From contig JBIKWF010000008.1 in assembly GCA_044356455.1 (NCBI GenBank), positions 1-64,000 on the forward strand: a stretch of DNA of 64,000 nucleotides, written 5' to 3'. The DNA is from Bdellovibrionota bacterium (GTDB lineage: Bacteria > Bdellovibrionota_C > UBA2361 > JBGSMV01). A program made the translations under genes and the position numbers. The notes beneath the pieces are model-generated. The model did no database searches and had not been told where the DNA came from. It saw only the letters and a list, made by a program, of their open reading frames with translations. Shown piece after piece: positions 10,723-19,315 of the stretch. Each line of letters starts with the position of its first letter. Positions within the stretch are counted from its first letter, which is position 1.

Positions 10723-10758
10723 CTGCGCAGTTACTTTTGCGCAGAAGTAACTGCGCAG
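10723..10758. repeat. Near-perfect 36-bp palindrome with three TGCGCA at 14-bp period
   Basis: CTGCGCAGTTACTTTTGCGCAGAAGTAACTGCGCAG. Confidence 0.8.
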
Positions 10759-10767
10759 AAGTCTCTG

Positions 10768-11094
10768 TTAGCGTAGCAGAGTGAGGCGTTCTTGGAATTC
10801 TTCGGGGCTTCTTTCGTAGCCACGCAGAGTTTCTTGAAGCGCGATTGGCTCAAGGTCAAGGTGAAGAGCAACCCAGGCAAAGCTAAAGGGCTTCTTGGGA
10901 GTGAGCTTGCCAAAAAGCCATTGGCGAGCGCTTCGTACTACGTGACGTTCACAGTGGGCGGTTCCAAAGGCGTCGCATATCGCCCGAGATAGGACGGCAG
11001 CGAGCAAGTTCCTTTCAGCTTTTACCGGGGAATAGGCTTCAACATCCTCTTCTCTCTCAGGTGAGAACCGGCTAAGTGCTGATGAGTTACTCAT
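10768..11094 (-). CDS. Small conserved-looking helical hypothetical protein
   Basis: ERNLLAAVLSRAICD...ARQWL...PFSFAWV..LDL pattern; GAGAGG RBS. Confidence 0.75.
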   Translation of the reverse strand: MSNSSALSRFSPEREEDVEAYSPVKAERNLLAAVLSRAICDAFGTAHCERHVVRSARQWLFGKLTPKKPFSFAWVALHLDLEPIALQETLRGYERSPEEFQERLTLLR

Positions 11095-11499
11095 GATTGG
11101 CCTCTCAAAAAGGAACTAACAATAAAAGATCATTCGTTGCGGGAACCTAGCGAAACTACCCCGCCATTTCTTGCCTTTCTCTGGCTCCAAGAGCCCATTC
11201 CTAGAGCCAATGGAGAACATTCTTCTCTCGTCATACCGGGCTCGCTCTACCCCCTATGCAGGGACAGCAATCGCTCGCGTTGTAATGGTGAGATGAGAAT
11301 GTAAGGTCAAGAACAAGAGACAACCTCTTGATATAATTAAACAATAGCAGGTTTGTTTAACGTAACTAAAGCTTTTACTCGGTTAAACCAAACGCGTCAA
11401 GTCTTTATTTTATTTAGCTTTTTTTTGTTGTGAGTGAGATGGTGTTTTATGTCATGTTGCGTGACGCGATCTGCCAGTGACGCTTTTAGTGACTCTGGT

Positions 11500-11528
11500 T
11501 TGACTTTGAACTTGAACTCCCCTAGTTT
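11500..11528 (+). promoter_or_regulatory. Sigma70-like promoter of the RRM-bS18 gene
   Basis: TTGACT-N17-TAGTTT, immediately before the structured leader. Confidence 0.55.
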
Positions 11529-11534
11529 CGCTCC

Positions 11535-11652
11535 TCGCACCGTTAGCTTCATGTTCCCGATAACGGGAGGATTAAGAGGCCTTTAAATCTGTGCTGAGGT
11601 CGGTAGGTGCCGATCTCTTCTCGAGGCATTTACTCGGCAGATTTGGGTGCGA
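11535..11652 (+). ncRNA. Candidate structured 5' leader RNA
   Basis: Nested helices TCGCACC/GGTGCGA, TCCCG/CGGGA, AAATCTG/CAGATTT, GTAGGTGCC/GGCATTTAC. Confidence 0.5.
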
Positions 11653-11694
11653 AATGGTGTTTAACGATTTGAATCCCCTTGGTTTAACGAGCGT

Positions 11695-12234
11695 ATGGCG
11701 AAGAAGCTTTTTGTTAGCAATCTTGATTTCGAAGTAGACCAGAACACCCTGCGTGGATTGTTCGCCGAACTCGGTTCCGTAATCAGCGCGGTTATCGCTA
11801 CGGATCGTGAAACCAAGCGCTCGAAAGGGTTTGCCTTTGTCGAGATGGAGCGCGAAGAAGACGCTCTTAAAGCCATCGAGACTCTTAACAATCGTGCCCT
11901 GAACGGTCGTCCTATGAAAGTCGTTGAGGATCGCGGCAAGGGCGGTGGCGCAGGTGGGGATGATGACGGCCCTCGTCAGCGTGAGTTCCTTCCTCCAATT
12001 CAGCGCATGCAGCTTTTCAAGCGCAAGAAGAAGCTTGATCCATTCATGGAAGACCCGACCAAGAGTGTCGATTACAAGGACGTAGTAGTTCTTTCTCGCT
12101 TCCTTAGCGAGCGCGGCAAGCTTCTTTCTCGTCGTCTTACGGGTCTTAGTGCCTATAACCAGCGCAAGGTTGGTAAGGCGGTCAAGCGTGCGCAGAATCT
12201 TGGGCTGATGGCTTTCACTAGCGTGAAGTCCTAA
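11695..12234 (+). CDS. rpsR: 30S ribosomal protein bS18 fused to an N-terminal RRM domain
   Basis: RNP2 LFVSNL and RNP1 KGFAFVEM; Gly/Asp linker; S18 signature VDYKD...LSERGKLLSRRLTG...QRKVGKAVKRAQNLGLM. Confidence 0.92.
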   Translation: MAKKLFVSNLDFEVDQNTLRGLFAELGSVISAVIATDRETKRSKGFAFVEMEREEDALKAIETLNNRALNGRPMKVVEDRGKGGGAGGDDDGPRQREFLPPIQRMQLFKRKKKLDPFMEDPTKSVDYKDVVVLSRFLSERGKLLSRRLTGLSAYNQRKVGKAVKRAQNLGLMAFTSVKS

Positions 12235-12267
12235 CTCGGTAGAGAGCTAGTCCTCCCGAGGATAGCG

Positions 12268-12309
12268 AAAGGCGTAGTGACTCATGTGAGTCGCTACGCC
12301 TTTTGTTTT
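12268..12309 (+). terminator. Intrinsic terminator, probably bidirectional
   Basis: AAA-GGCGTAGTGACTCA-TG-TGAGTCGCTACGCC-TTTTGTTTT. Confidence 0.9.
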
Positions 12310-12369
12310 ATGTAGCCGTAAATCTCAAAGACAAACGAGACAGCTCCTAAGCCGCGCCTTCGCACGCGG

Positions 12370-13059
12370 CTACTTTTTCGTCTCCCAGGCCTTGTCCCCA
12401 GGTATGTGAAAGACCTTTTGATTGGCCTTATTTACAGAATCGAGCTCAACGGCTTTGCATAGCTGCTCAAGCACATGCTTAATGCGTTTGCCGCTTGATT
12501 CAACAAGCTCCGCTGCTTCTTTTTGCTCCGGTGTGGACCCTTGAGCCGTAGAGAGCAAATAGGCAGCTCCTAGTACGGCACCCAAGGGATTATTGATTTC
12601 GTGCCGCAAGGTTCCGACGAGAGTCTTCACGGTGTCTATCACCGCTTGATTCAATTTCGCCTGCTCTAGTTCTTTCGAAAGCCGATTCCTATCAATGATG
12701 CCGAGAATCAGAGGCTTGAAGAGGGGCTCGCTGACGCTGCGTTTGCTTAGAAAAAAAGTTGCCCCCGCCTGAACGGTGGCTCCCGGAATTTCTGGAGCAT
12801 TGTCTGAGCTTACGGATAAAATCGCTTTGTCCCTGAACCAGCCTTCGGCAAGAAGTTCCGAGCCACGTCCGTCCGGAAGATGTTGGTCTATCACTATAAG
12901 ATCAAAATCTTGACTCTCTGGAGTTCGAAGATTCGCTCGTACCTCCGTGAGGCTTGCAAAGTGGGTAACGGAAGCGTCAGGCATAATTGCCTTGAGGCGC
13001 ATCTCGACGATCTTCTTAAAGGAAAGGTCGTCATCAATAATGAGAATGCGATGTGTCAT
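12370..13059 (-). CDS. Receiver domain + HisKA/DHp protein lacking an ATPase domain
   Basis: ILIIDDD and IDQHLPD receiver motifs; H-box LRHEINNPL; ends without N/G1/F/G2 boxes. Confidence 0.85.
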   Translation of the reverse strand: MTHRILIIDDDLSFKKIVEMRLKAIMPDASVTHFASLTEVRANLRTPESQDFDLIVIDQHLPDGRGSELLAEGWFRDKAILSVSSDNAPEIPGATVQAGATFFLSKRSVSEPLFKPLILGIIDRNRLSKELEQAKLNQAVIDTVKTLVGTLRHEINNPLGAVLGAAYLLSTAQGSTPEQKEAAELVESSGKRIKHVLEQLCKAVELDSVNKANQKVFHIPGDKAWETKK

Positions 13060-13162
13060 GGCGCGCCTGCTGGAGTAGACCCTTCTATAATCCTAATATC
13101 GGTAGATTTCTGGCAATCCTGAAGCATTACCAAACAGGTGAAATTCTTTTTAAGGGTAAGGC

Positions 13163-14443
13163 CTAGCACTCTGCAGCCCATCGAAGAAACGGCAGGATGT
13201 GAACCGTAACTTCCTCGTACACTAAGTCGCGGGCAGGATCGCTCGCGGTAATTAATATGAGGTCTTTAATTCCGAGCTCTTTTCCTATGAGTGCTAGGCC
13301 TCTCAGTTCTCTGCGAAGAGTCGACTCGTCCGCTACAGAGAGGCTCACTTGAACCGCTATCGGATCTTGTCCAGCCTTGCGTCCGATAAAATCGACCTCA
13401 GCGGCCTCCGAGTCGGCCCTCCAGTAATGTAGTTCGAATCCGCGCCTGCGAAGTTCAAGGTATACGGAGTTCTCAAGAAAAGCTCCTTCGTCTCCAAGCA
13501 CTGAGAAGGCGCTGTAGCGGGCCATAGCCGGATCCACGCAGTAGAACTTCGGATTGCTGCGGATCTGCTTTCGTATCGCAGGGGAAAAAGCCTTGATTTC
13601 ATGAAAAAGATACGACTCCTCTAGCCAGCGAGAATATCTCTTAATTGTTTCGTTATCTTTCACCCCTAGTGCTTTCGCGACACGAGAGCGATTCATAAGG
13701 TGTGTGTTATCGCTGCACATTATCTGTGCCAACTCCTTTAACTGGCGCTTGAGGCGTGACCCGTGCCTTACAATTACGTCACGCTCAACGATATCTCGAA
13801 AATATTGTGGTAGTACTGAGGCGTCATTGTCGATGTACGATCGCGGAAACCCGCCATAGCGGTAATATTTTCTGTAGCTAGAGAGCAATTGGTCTTCCGT
13901 GAGAGCGGTCGCGGCCTGGAGCGGAAATTCAAACTGTAGGATTTCGTGAAAACTTAATGGGGTCATTTCGTGCGAACTATGACGGCCGGTCAGTAGGGTA
14001 GCTATCTCGGAACTCAGGAGCTGAGCGTTTGATCCGGTAGCGACGATCTTAACCGATCTATCCTTCGCAATCTGAGTAAGCCATTTTTCCCAACCGCTTG
14101 TATTCTGAATCTCGTCAAGCAGCAGCAGCATTCTGGGCGATGTGGATCTCGACAGCTCAGCGCAGATTTCAATCAGGGACAAGAAGTCCGCTCCCCCAAA
14201 ACCCTCAAGGGCCGGATTGTCAAATTCCACTAGCAGTGTGCGGTAGTTGCTTTGATGCTGCCGATAGAGCTGCGATAGAAACGATGACTTTCCGCAGCGG
14301 CGAACGCCTGTGATGATCGAGATTTCGGGTTTTTCAATCTCCGCAGATAGATCCAGCTCCCGCTCTGCGATTGGGCGCAGCACCTTCTGCTGAGCGAATA
14401 TTCGTTGCTGCTCAAGGATCTGTACGAGTTGCGCTTTGTCCAT
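13163..14443 (-). CDS. COG1373-type AAA ATPase with DUF4143 and PD-(D/E)xK-like C-terminus
   Basis: GVRRCGKS, LLDEIQ, ATGS, GGFP, KFYCVD, EVDFI...AVQV. Confidence 0.9.
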   Translation of the reverse strand: MDKAQLVQILEQQRIFAQQKVLRPIAERELDLSAEIEKPEISIITGVRRCGKSSFLSQLYRQHQSNYRTLLVEFDNPALEGFGGADFLSLIEICAELSRSTSPRMLLLLDEIQNTSGWEKWLTQIAKDRSVKIVATGSNAQLLSSEIATLLTGRHSSHEMTPLSFHEILQFEFPLQAATALTEDQLLSSYRKYYRYGGFPRSYIDNDASVLPQYFRDIVERDVIVRHGSRLKRQLKELAQIMCSDNTHLMNRSRVAKALGVKDNETIKRYSRWLEESYLFHEIKAFSPAIRKQIRSNPKFYCVDPAMARYSAFSVLGDEGAFLENSVYLELRRRGFELHYWRADSEAAEVDFIGRKAGQDPIAVQVSLSVADESTLRRELRGLALIGKELGIKDLILITASDPARDLVYEEVTVHILPFLRWAAEC

Positions 14444-14476
14444 CCGCCATGAGCATACTATAATTATGTGATTTAT

Positions 14477-14507
14477 TAAACGGTAAATATTATGTATTTA
14501 CCATTTA
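14477..14507. promoter_or_regulatory. Palindromic operator candidate upstream of the ATPase
   Basis: TAAACGGTAAATA-N5-TATTTACCATTTA (13-bp arms, one mismatch). Confidence 0.55.
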
Positions 14508-14709
14508 GCAAGTGGTATATATAACGTTTTGATATCAATCGCGAAATATCCCTGCAGACGAGGAGAATTGCCTGTGAGCAATTCGCTTGTCATGTTCCGG
14601 ATTGGGTCCACCGCACTGAAAAACTGATTCAGTCTGTGAACGATCCACAATCTCAAGACGAGAGAGCCTAAGACGTTCTTCGGCCTTGTGCGCCCCGATT
14701 ACCGGCGAG

Positions 14710-14794
14710 GGCGCCTCTGAAAAACAGCGTGTTCGCGGCGCTCGCAGGCGCGCGATGTTGGAAATCTCACGGACCCGAAGGGATCCCATGAGAT
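14710..14794. repeat. Solo degenerate family-1 TIR followed by the conserved bulged hairpin
   Basis: GGCGCCTCTGAAAAAC at 14710-14725; CTCACGGACCC-GAA-GGGATCCCATGAG at 14766-14792. Confidence 0.5.
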
Positions 14795-14813
14795 ATAGCG
14801 GCTCGATATACTT

Positions 14814-16604
14814 TTAAGCCGCGGAAAGTTCCTGGCGCTCTACGAGTGAGCGATAGAGGCCCGGGACTCGGCTCAGCTCCTCATGACGCCCTCTCTGGAC
14901 GATCACTCCACGGTCAAGCACCAAAATCTGGTCGGAATGTTGCACGGTTGCCAAGCGATGAGCCACGACGAGCATGGTCTTTCCTTTAACTCGTGTTGCC
15001 AAAAAGTTCTGGATCACTTGCTCAGTTTCCCCATCAAGTGAAGAGGTTGCTTCGTCAAGTATCAATAGCCCCGGATCGCGAGTAAGTGCCCGCGCGAGAG
15101 CGAATCTTTGCTTTTGACCACCAGAGAGCTGCACGGCTCTGTCTCCTGGAAGGGTCGCAAGTCCTTCAGGAAGCCCACGAATTAACTCCCCAAGTGCAAC
15201 CTCGTCACACAGTTTTTCTAGCTCGGAATTGGTAGCTAACGGATTACCAAAGCGAAGATTATCTGCGAGAGAGACGCCAAAGAGTTGGGCGTCCTGAGGC
15301 ACAAAGCTCATCTTTGCACGTGCAGTCTGAACGCTTTCTTCCGAAAGTGGAGTGCCATCGACTCGAATCACTCCCTTCTGCGGGAAGTAGAACCCAAGTA
15401 GGAGATGCACTATCGAACTTTTTCCAGCCCCGGAGGGCCCCACAAGTGCAGTGAACGAACCTGGCTCTAAGGTGAAGGACACTTCTTTTAAGACAGGGGT
15501 TTCAGCTCGCGAGGGGTAAGCAAACGACACAGATTCAAATTCAACTCGCACAGGAGAGCTCGAGGGCGCCGAAGGAGCCGCGGGAAGTAAGGATGCGTCA
15601 GATTTATCTCCAATCAAAACGTGGCCTTGAAGAAGATCGAAAACACGCTCCGACCCGCCCACGGCTTGCACAAACTCGGTATAGGCACCGATAAGGAAGG
15701 CGAAAGAGACAGCCACGATCGCAGCGTACATAAGAAAAGCGGTAAGGTCGCCCACTGAAAGGCTGCTCGATTGGACGAGCATCAGCCCATAAAACACCAC
15801 GAGCACGAGAAAGACGTTCATTAAGAAGTTTACGAATGATGCGAAGAATGAGGCAATTTCCGAGCGCCTGATTCCTAACGAAAGCGCTTCTTGATTATGG
15901 TTCCGAAAGCGCTCGGCCTCGCTACGTTCCCGAGAGAAGGCTTTTACAATACGGTTTCCAGAGAAAACTTCTTCAGCTACCGTAGTAATAGTTCCTAAGG
16001 CCTTTTGCTGAGCCTTTGAAACCGCTTTCAGGCGCTTCCCTAGCACCATGCTAATTCCAACCAGAAGTGGAAGGCCCAGCACGAGGGCCGCGGTCATCTT
16101 CGGTGAGAGAAAGAGCATAAGCCCTATACCCACTAGAACTTGTAGCCCGTAGCGAATCAGCACAGAGAGCTTAATGCTGACCGCATCTTGAATCTGGGCG
16201 GTATCAGCGGTCAGGCGCGAAACCAGATCGCCGGAGCGATTAAGGTCGAAGAATTCAACGGAGCGAGCAAGAAGCGAGTTAAAGAGACGCGTGCGCAAGT
16301 CGGCGACGGCTCTTTGACCGATCACGGCAAAGAGCAACGCGCGGTAATAGAAGCTTAAACCCTGAATCGCAAAAAGTGCCGCGAGAGCTCCGCAGGCCCA
16401 AAAAGGGTGCGTCAGGATCTGAGGAAGGGCATCGGTATTGAGAGCAAAGCGGATAATCTGCGGGAATGCCAGATTGATGCCACTTCCCACGGCAAGTGCG
16501 ACGAGAGCACAAGCAAAGGCCTTGCGATGCGGTTTTACGAGGCCAAGGATTTGCCGAGCGGCGGGCACGTTAAACTTACGGGATGTCTTTTCTTTGCTGG
16601 TCAC
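14814..16604 (-). CDS. ABC exporter, fused permease/ATP-binding (ABCB/MsbA-like)
   Basis: TM domain, GPSGAGKS, LSGGQKQR, ILDEATS, VAHRL. Confidence 0.93.
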   Translation of the reverse strand: MTSKEKTSRKFNVPAARQILGLVKPHRKAFACALVALAVGSGINLAFPQIIRFALNTDALPQILTHPFWACGALAALFAIQGLSFYYRALLFAVIGQRAVADLRTRLFNSLLARSVEFFDLNRSGDLVSRLTADTAQIQDAVSIKLSVLIRYGLQVLVGIGLMLFLSPKMTAALVLGLPLLVGISMVLGKRLKAVSKAQQKALGTITTVAEEVFSGNRIVKAFSRERSEAERFRNHNQEALSLGIRRSEIASFFASFVNFLMNVFLVLVVFYGLMLVQSSSLSVGDLTAFLMYAAIVAVSFAFLIGAYTEFVQAVGGSERVFDLLQGHVLIGDKSDASLLPAAPSAPSSSPVRVEFESVSFAYPSRAETPVLKEVSFTLEPGSFTALVGPSGAGKSSIVHLLLGFYFPQKGVIRVDGTPLSEESVQTARAKMSFVPQDAQLFGVSLADNLRFGNPLATNSELEKLCDEVALGELIRGLPEGLATLPGDRAVQLSGGQKQRFALARALTRDPGLLILDEATSSLDGETEQVIQNFLATRVKGKTMLVVAHRLATVQHSDQILVLDRGVIVQRGRHEELSRVPGLYRSLVERQELSAA

Positions 16605-16647
16605 CCTCTACCTTTACCAGGGAGTGCTCGAGGGCGCTACCGGTGGT

Positions 16648-16674
16648 GAGATTTTCTACGGGACAGACTCCTAG
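16648..16674. repeat. MITE family 2 right end
   Basis: GAGATTTTCTACGGGACAGACTCCTAG; 25/27 identical to 31971-31997. Confidence 0.7.
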
Positions 16675-16854
16675 GGAACCTCTGAAAAAGTCCCCCTTCG
16701 TGCTCTTCGCGTCCCCGGCTCCGCCAAAGCTGCGCCGCGGCCGCACTTAAGCCAGGCTCGGCGCAGACGGCTTCGCGTTAAACCCAAACATCACTAGCAC
16801 ACGATATTTTAGGGAATAACGCGAAGGGGAAATTAAAACTTCTTCAGAGGCTCC
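16675..16854. mobile_element. MITE family 1, copy 2 (180 bp, with ~57-bp nested insertion)
   Basis: CTAG-GGAACCTCTGAAAAAG...CTTCTTCAGAGGCTCC-CTAG; colinear with copy 3. Confidence 0.85.
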
Positions 16855-16992
16855 CTAGAAGACTTGAGAGGAACGCCGCTAGTTCCAGCGTAAGGGCTGG
16901 ATATCATCAACCCCATACAAATGTCATAAGTCGCCAGGTGCGCAGGAGTAGTAAGGGGCCCAGAATCCGGGTAGCATGTTATTCACAAGTGA

Positions 16993-17589
16993 ATGTTCCA
17001 CAGAAGCTTCTCCAAATATTTGCGGACGATTATGAGAGCATTGTCGCGTTTGTATTCTTTTCTTCTCCTTGGATTACTTGCCTGTGTTTTCAATATCGAC
17101 ATCGCTGCGGGCGAACCCCTTAAACGCTACGACGGCAAAATGGTAAGTTTCTCTTATCCCGCTGGTTGGAAGATGAAGCCCGGATTCCTCAGCGGACTCG
17201 AGTATAATATCATGATTGAGAATGACGAATCGGCGATACTTTTCATCACCTTTCATGACTATTCTGACAAAAAGATTCTCAAAGAGATCATTCGAGAGGA
17301 TCAGATAAATACGCCAGAGACTCCGGTTTCGGAGACTGCCGGGACCTTGAGCGAGGTGCGCCGTTCGTTTGGGGGAAAGATATACTCAGGATTTCGTCGT
17401 GAATATTCAGTAACTTTGTCAGGGGACATCTTCTCGATAAGTAAGTCCAAAATGCGAAAGGAGTACTTTTTGATCGACTGTAAGCCGCGCTCGGTTGAGG
17501 TCGCCGCGCAGGCTTCGGACGCGGAATGGCCCGAGCTTGATCGTGTCGTGGCAACGGTTGCAGATACTTTGGAATTACGATGCCGTTGA
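16993..17589 (+). CDS. Hypothetical exported protein (PsbP/DcrB-like appearance)
   Basis: Signal peptide; SFSYPAGW motif; start probably ATG 17032. Confidence 0.65.
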   Translation: MFHRSFSKYLRTIMRALSRLYSFLLLGLLACVFNIDIAAGEPLKRYDGKMVSFSYPAGWKMKPGFLSGLEYNIMIENDESAILFITFHDYSDKKILKEIIREDQINTPETPVSETAGTLSEVRRSFGGKIYSGFRREYSVTLSGDIFSISKSKMRKEYFLIDCKPRSVEVAAQASDAEWPELDRVVATVADTLELRCR

Positions 17590-17838
17590 CGAGCACGGGT
17601 ATCTGGTAAAAAATCTCTCGAAGGCATCGGTCTCTTTCCAGTTTCAAATAGGCCAATGAGCGTTTGGCCAGAGCTGCGGTTAACCAACTGTCGCCCCGCG
17701 GGACTGTGCACGAAAGCTTCAGCGAGCGGTGAACTGAGAGCTCCTGTGCCCTATTAATCAAAATGCACCTGAAGGTCTTAGTCTCGGAGTCGCGATGAAC
17801 GCCGTAATCGTGACAGGGTATAGATCGTATCTTATTTC

Positions 17839-17867
17839 TTGCATTTTAGTGCCCTGAACACTAAAAT
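17839..17867 (+). promoter_or_regulatory. Leaderless promoter with overlapping palindromic operator
   Basis: TTGCAT-N17-TAAAAT, 6 nt before ATG 17874; ATTTTAGTG-N7-CACTAAAAT. Confidence 0.7.
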
Positions 17868-17873
17868 CCATAT

Positions 17874-19124
17874 ATGCAATATAACTATAGATATTTACAG
17901 CATATTCTAGCTCAGGCATCCCCCGATTTCCGGGTTCTCCTGATTACAGGCCCCCGGCGCGCCGGTAAAAGCACTTTCGCCAAGCACATCCAATCTTTAT
18001 GGAACGGAGGCAGCTACAACAGCTTCGATACCCCGCTTGAACAGGCGCGTTTTAACGCCGATCCCATTGGTTTCCTGCGCTCACTTGCCCTGCCCGCAAT
18101 TCTTGATGAAGTGCAGAACGTGCCTGAGCTTTTCAACTACCTAAAGGCTGAAGTCGATCGTAATCCAGGCGCAGGCTGCCAGTATATTCTAACTGGCAGC
18201 CAGCAGTTTCAGGTGATGAGGAATGTTTCAGAAAGTCTAGCCGGACGAATTCAGATTAAAGAGCTACTCCCCTTTTCCGTCGGAGAGGCAAGGCGAAGCG
18301 ATCCGGAACGAATACGCCGCAACCTGGAGACGCTCCTGGCGGGGCGCAGCGGCTTCGAAGTTCCAAAATCAGACCAGCCGGTTTTGATTCCTCAGCTGCT
18401 TGAAGTTGGCGGATTTCCACAATCAGTCCTAGCCTCGAGTGAGCAGTCTCGTTTCGAATGGTTTAGTGGATACATAGAAACCTATATTCAGCGGGATATT
18501 AGATCGCTCAGCAATATTCAGAATCTCTCGGCGTTCTCTCGATTCGTATCGCTCATCGCGGGACGCACCGCACAACTGCTCAATCATTCTGAGATTGGGA
18601 AAGATATTGGTATCAATTACAAAACGGCACAGCACTATCTCTCTCTTTTGGAGAGCTCATATCTCTGGCAACCGTTACTGCCATACTACAAAGCGGGCTC
18701 AGAGAAGCGACTCACTAAAAGCCCTAAAGGCATTCTGATCGATACGGGCGTTGCGATGTATATGACCGGATTGCGCAAAGAAGGGGTAATGCGAAACCCG
18801 ATGTATGGCGCCTTGTTTGAATCGTTGGTGATCAGCGACCTCCTTAAGTTGTGTAAATCTTTTGGGCATCGAGTCGTTGCATGCCATTATCGTGCCACCG
18901 AGGCGGCTGAGGTCGATCTGGTTTTAGATCTTGGTTCTTCGATCGTTCCCATCGAGATCAAGGCCTCTGCATCACCTGATGCAAGTTGGACCAGAGGTAT
19001 AAAGTCACTGCGCAAGGCGATGAGCCTACCCCCAGACTATCCAGGATTCGTGCTTTCACTCTTAGATGAAGTAAAGCCACTCGGGCCAGGGATCGTAAAT
19101 GTTCCTTTTCAGGCTTTTGTCTAG
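17874..19124 (+). CDS. COG1373-type AAA ATPase with DUF4143 and PD-(D/E)xK-like C-terminus
   Basis: GPRRAGKS, ILDEVQ, LTGS, ESLAGR, GGFP, KSPK..LIDTG, EVDLV...PIEIK. Confidence 0.92.
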   Translation: MQYNYRYLQHILAQASPDFRVLLITGPRRAGKSTFAKHIQSLWNGGSYNSFDTPLEQARFNADPIGFLRSLALPAILDEVQNVPELFNYLKAEVDRNPGAGCQYILTGSQQFQVMRNVSESLAGRIQIKELLPFSVGEARRSDPERIRRNLETLLAGRSGFEVPKSDQPVLIPQLLEVGGFPQSVLASSEQSRFEWFSGYIETYIQRDIRSLSNIQNLSAFSRFVSLIAGRTAQLLNHSEIGKDIGINYKTAQHYLSLLESSYLWQPLLPYYKAGSEKRLTKSPKGILIDTGVAMYMTGLRKEGVMRNPMYGALFESLVISDLLKLCKSFGHRVVACHYRATEAAEVDLVLDLGSSIVPIEIKASASPDASWTRGIKSLRKAMSLPPDYPGFVLSLLDEVKPLGPGIVNVPFQAFV

Positions 19125-19315
19125 AAGTGATTTCACAACGACTGTCTCAAGGGCGCTTAAAGTTCCGGAGCTTTCTGCGCGGTGTTCGAGTGTCATGTGT
19201 GATCTAAGGCGCGAGTCTGTTAGGTTGTTATGCAGTACATTGTCACGCATAGGAAAGGACGGATAGACTTGTCTCGCGATTTGTCTTGTAGGTAAGTGGC
19301 ACTATTCCTTAGACT

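Noticed and set aside
17705..17750. Hammerhead-like GAAA...CTGAGAG hairpin
   Set aside because: Core does not match CUGANGA and there is no UH cleavage site in the right place
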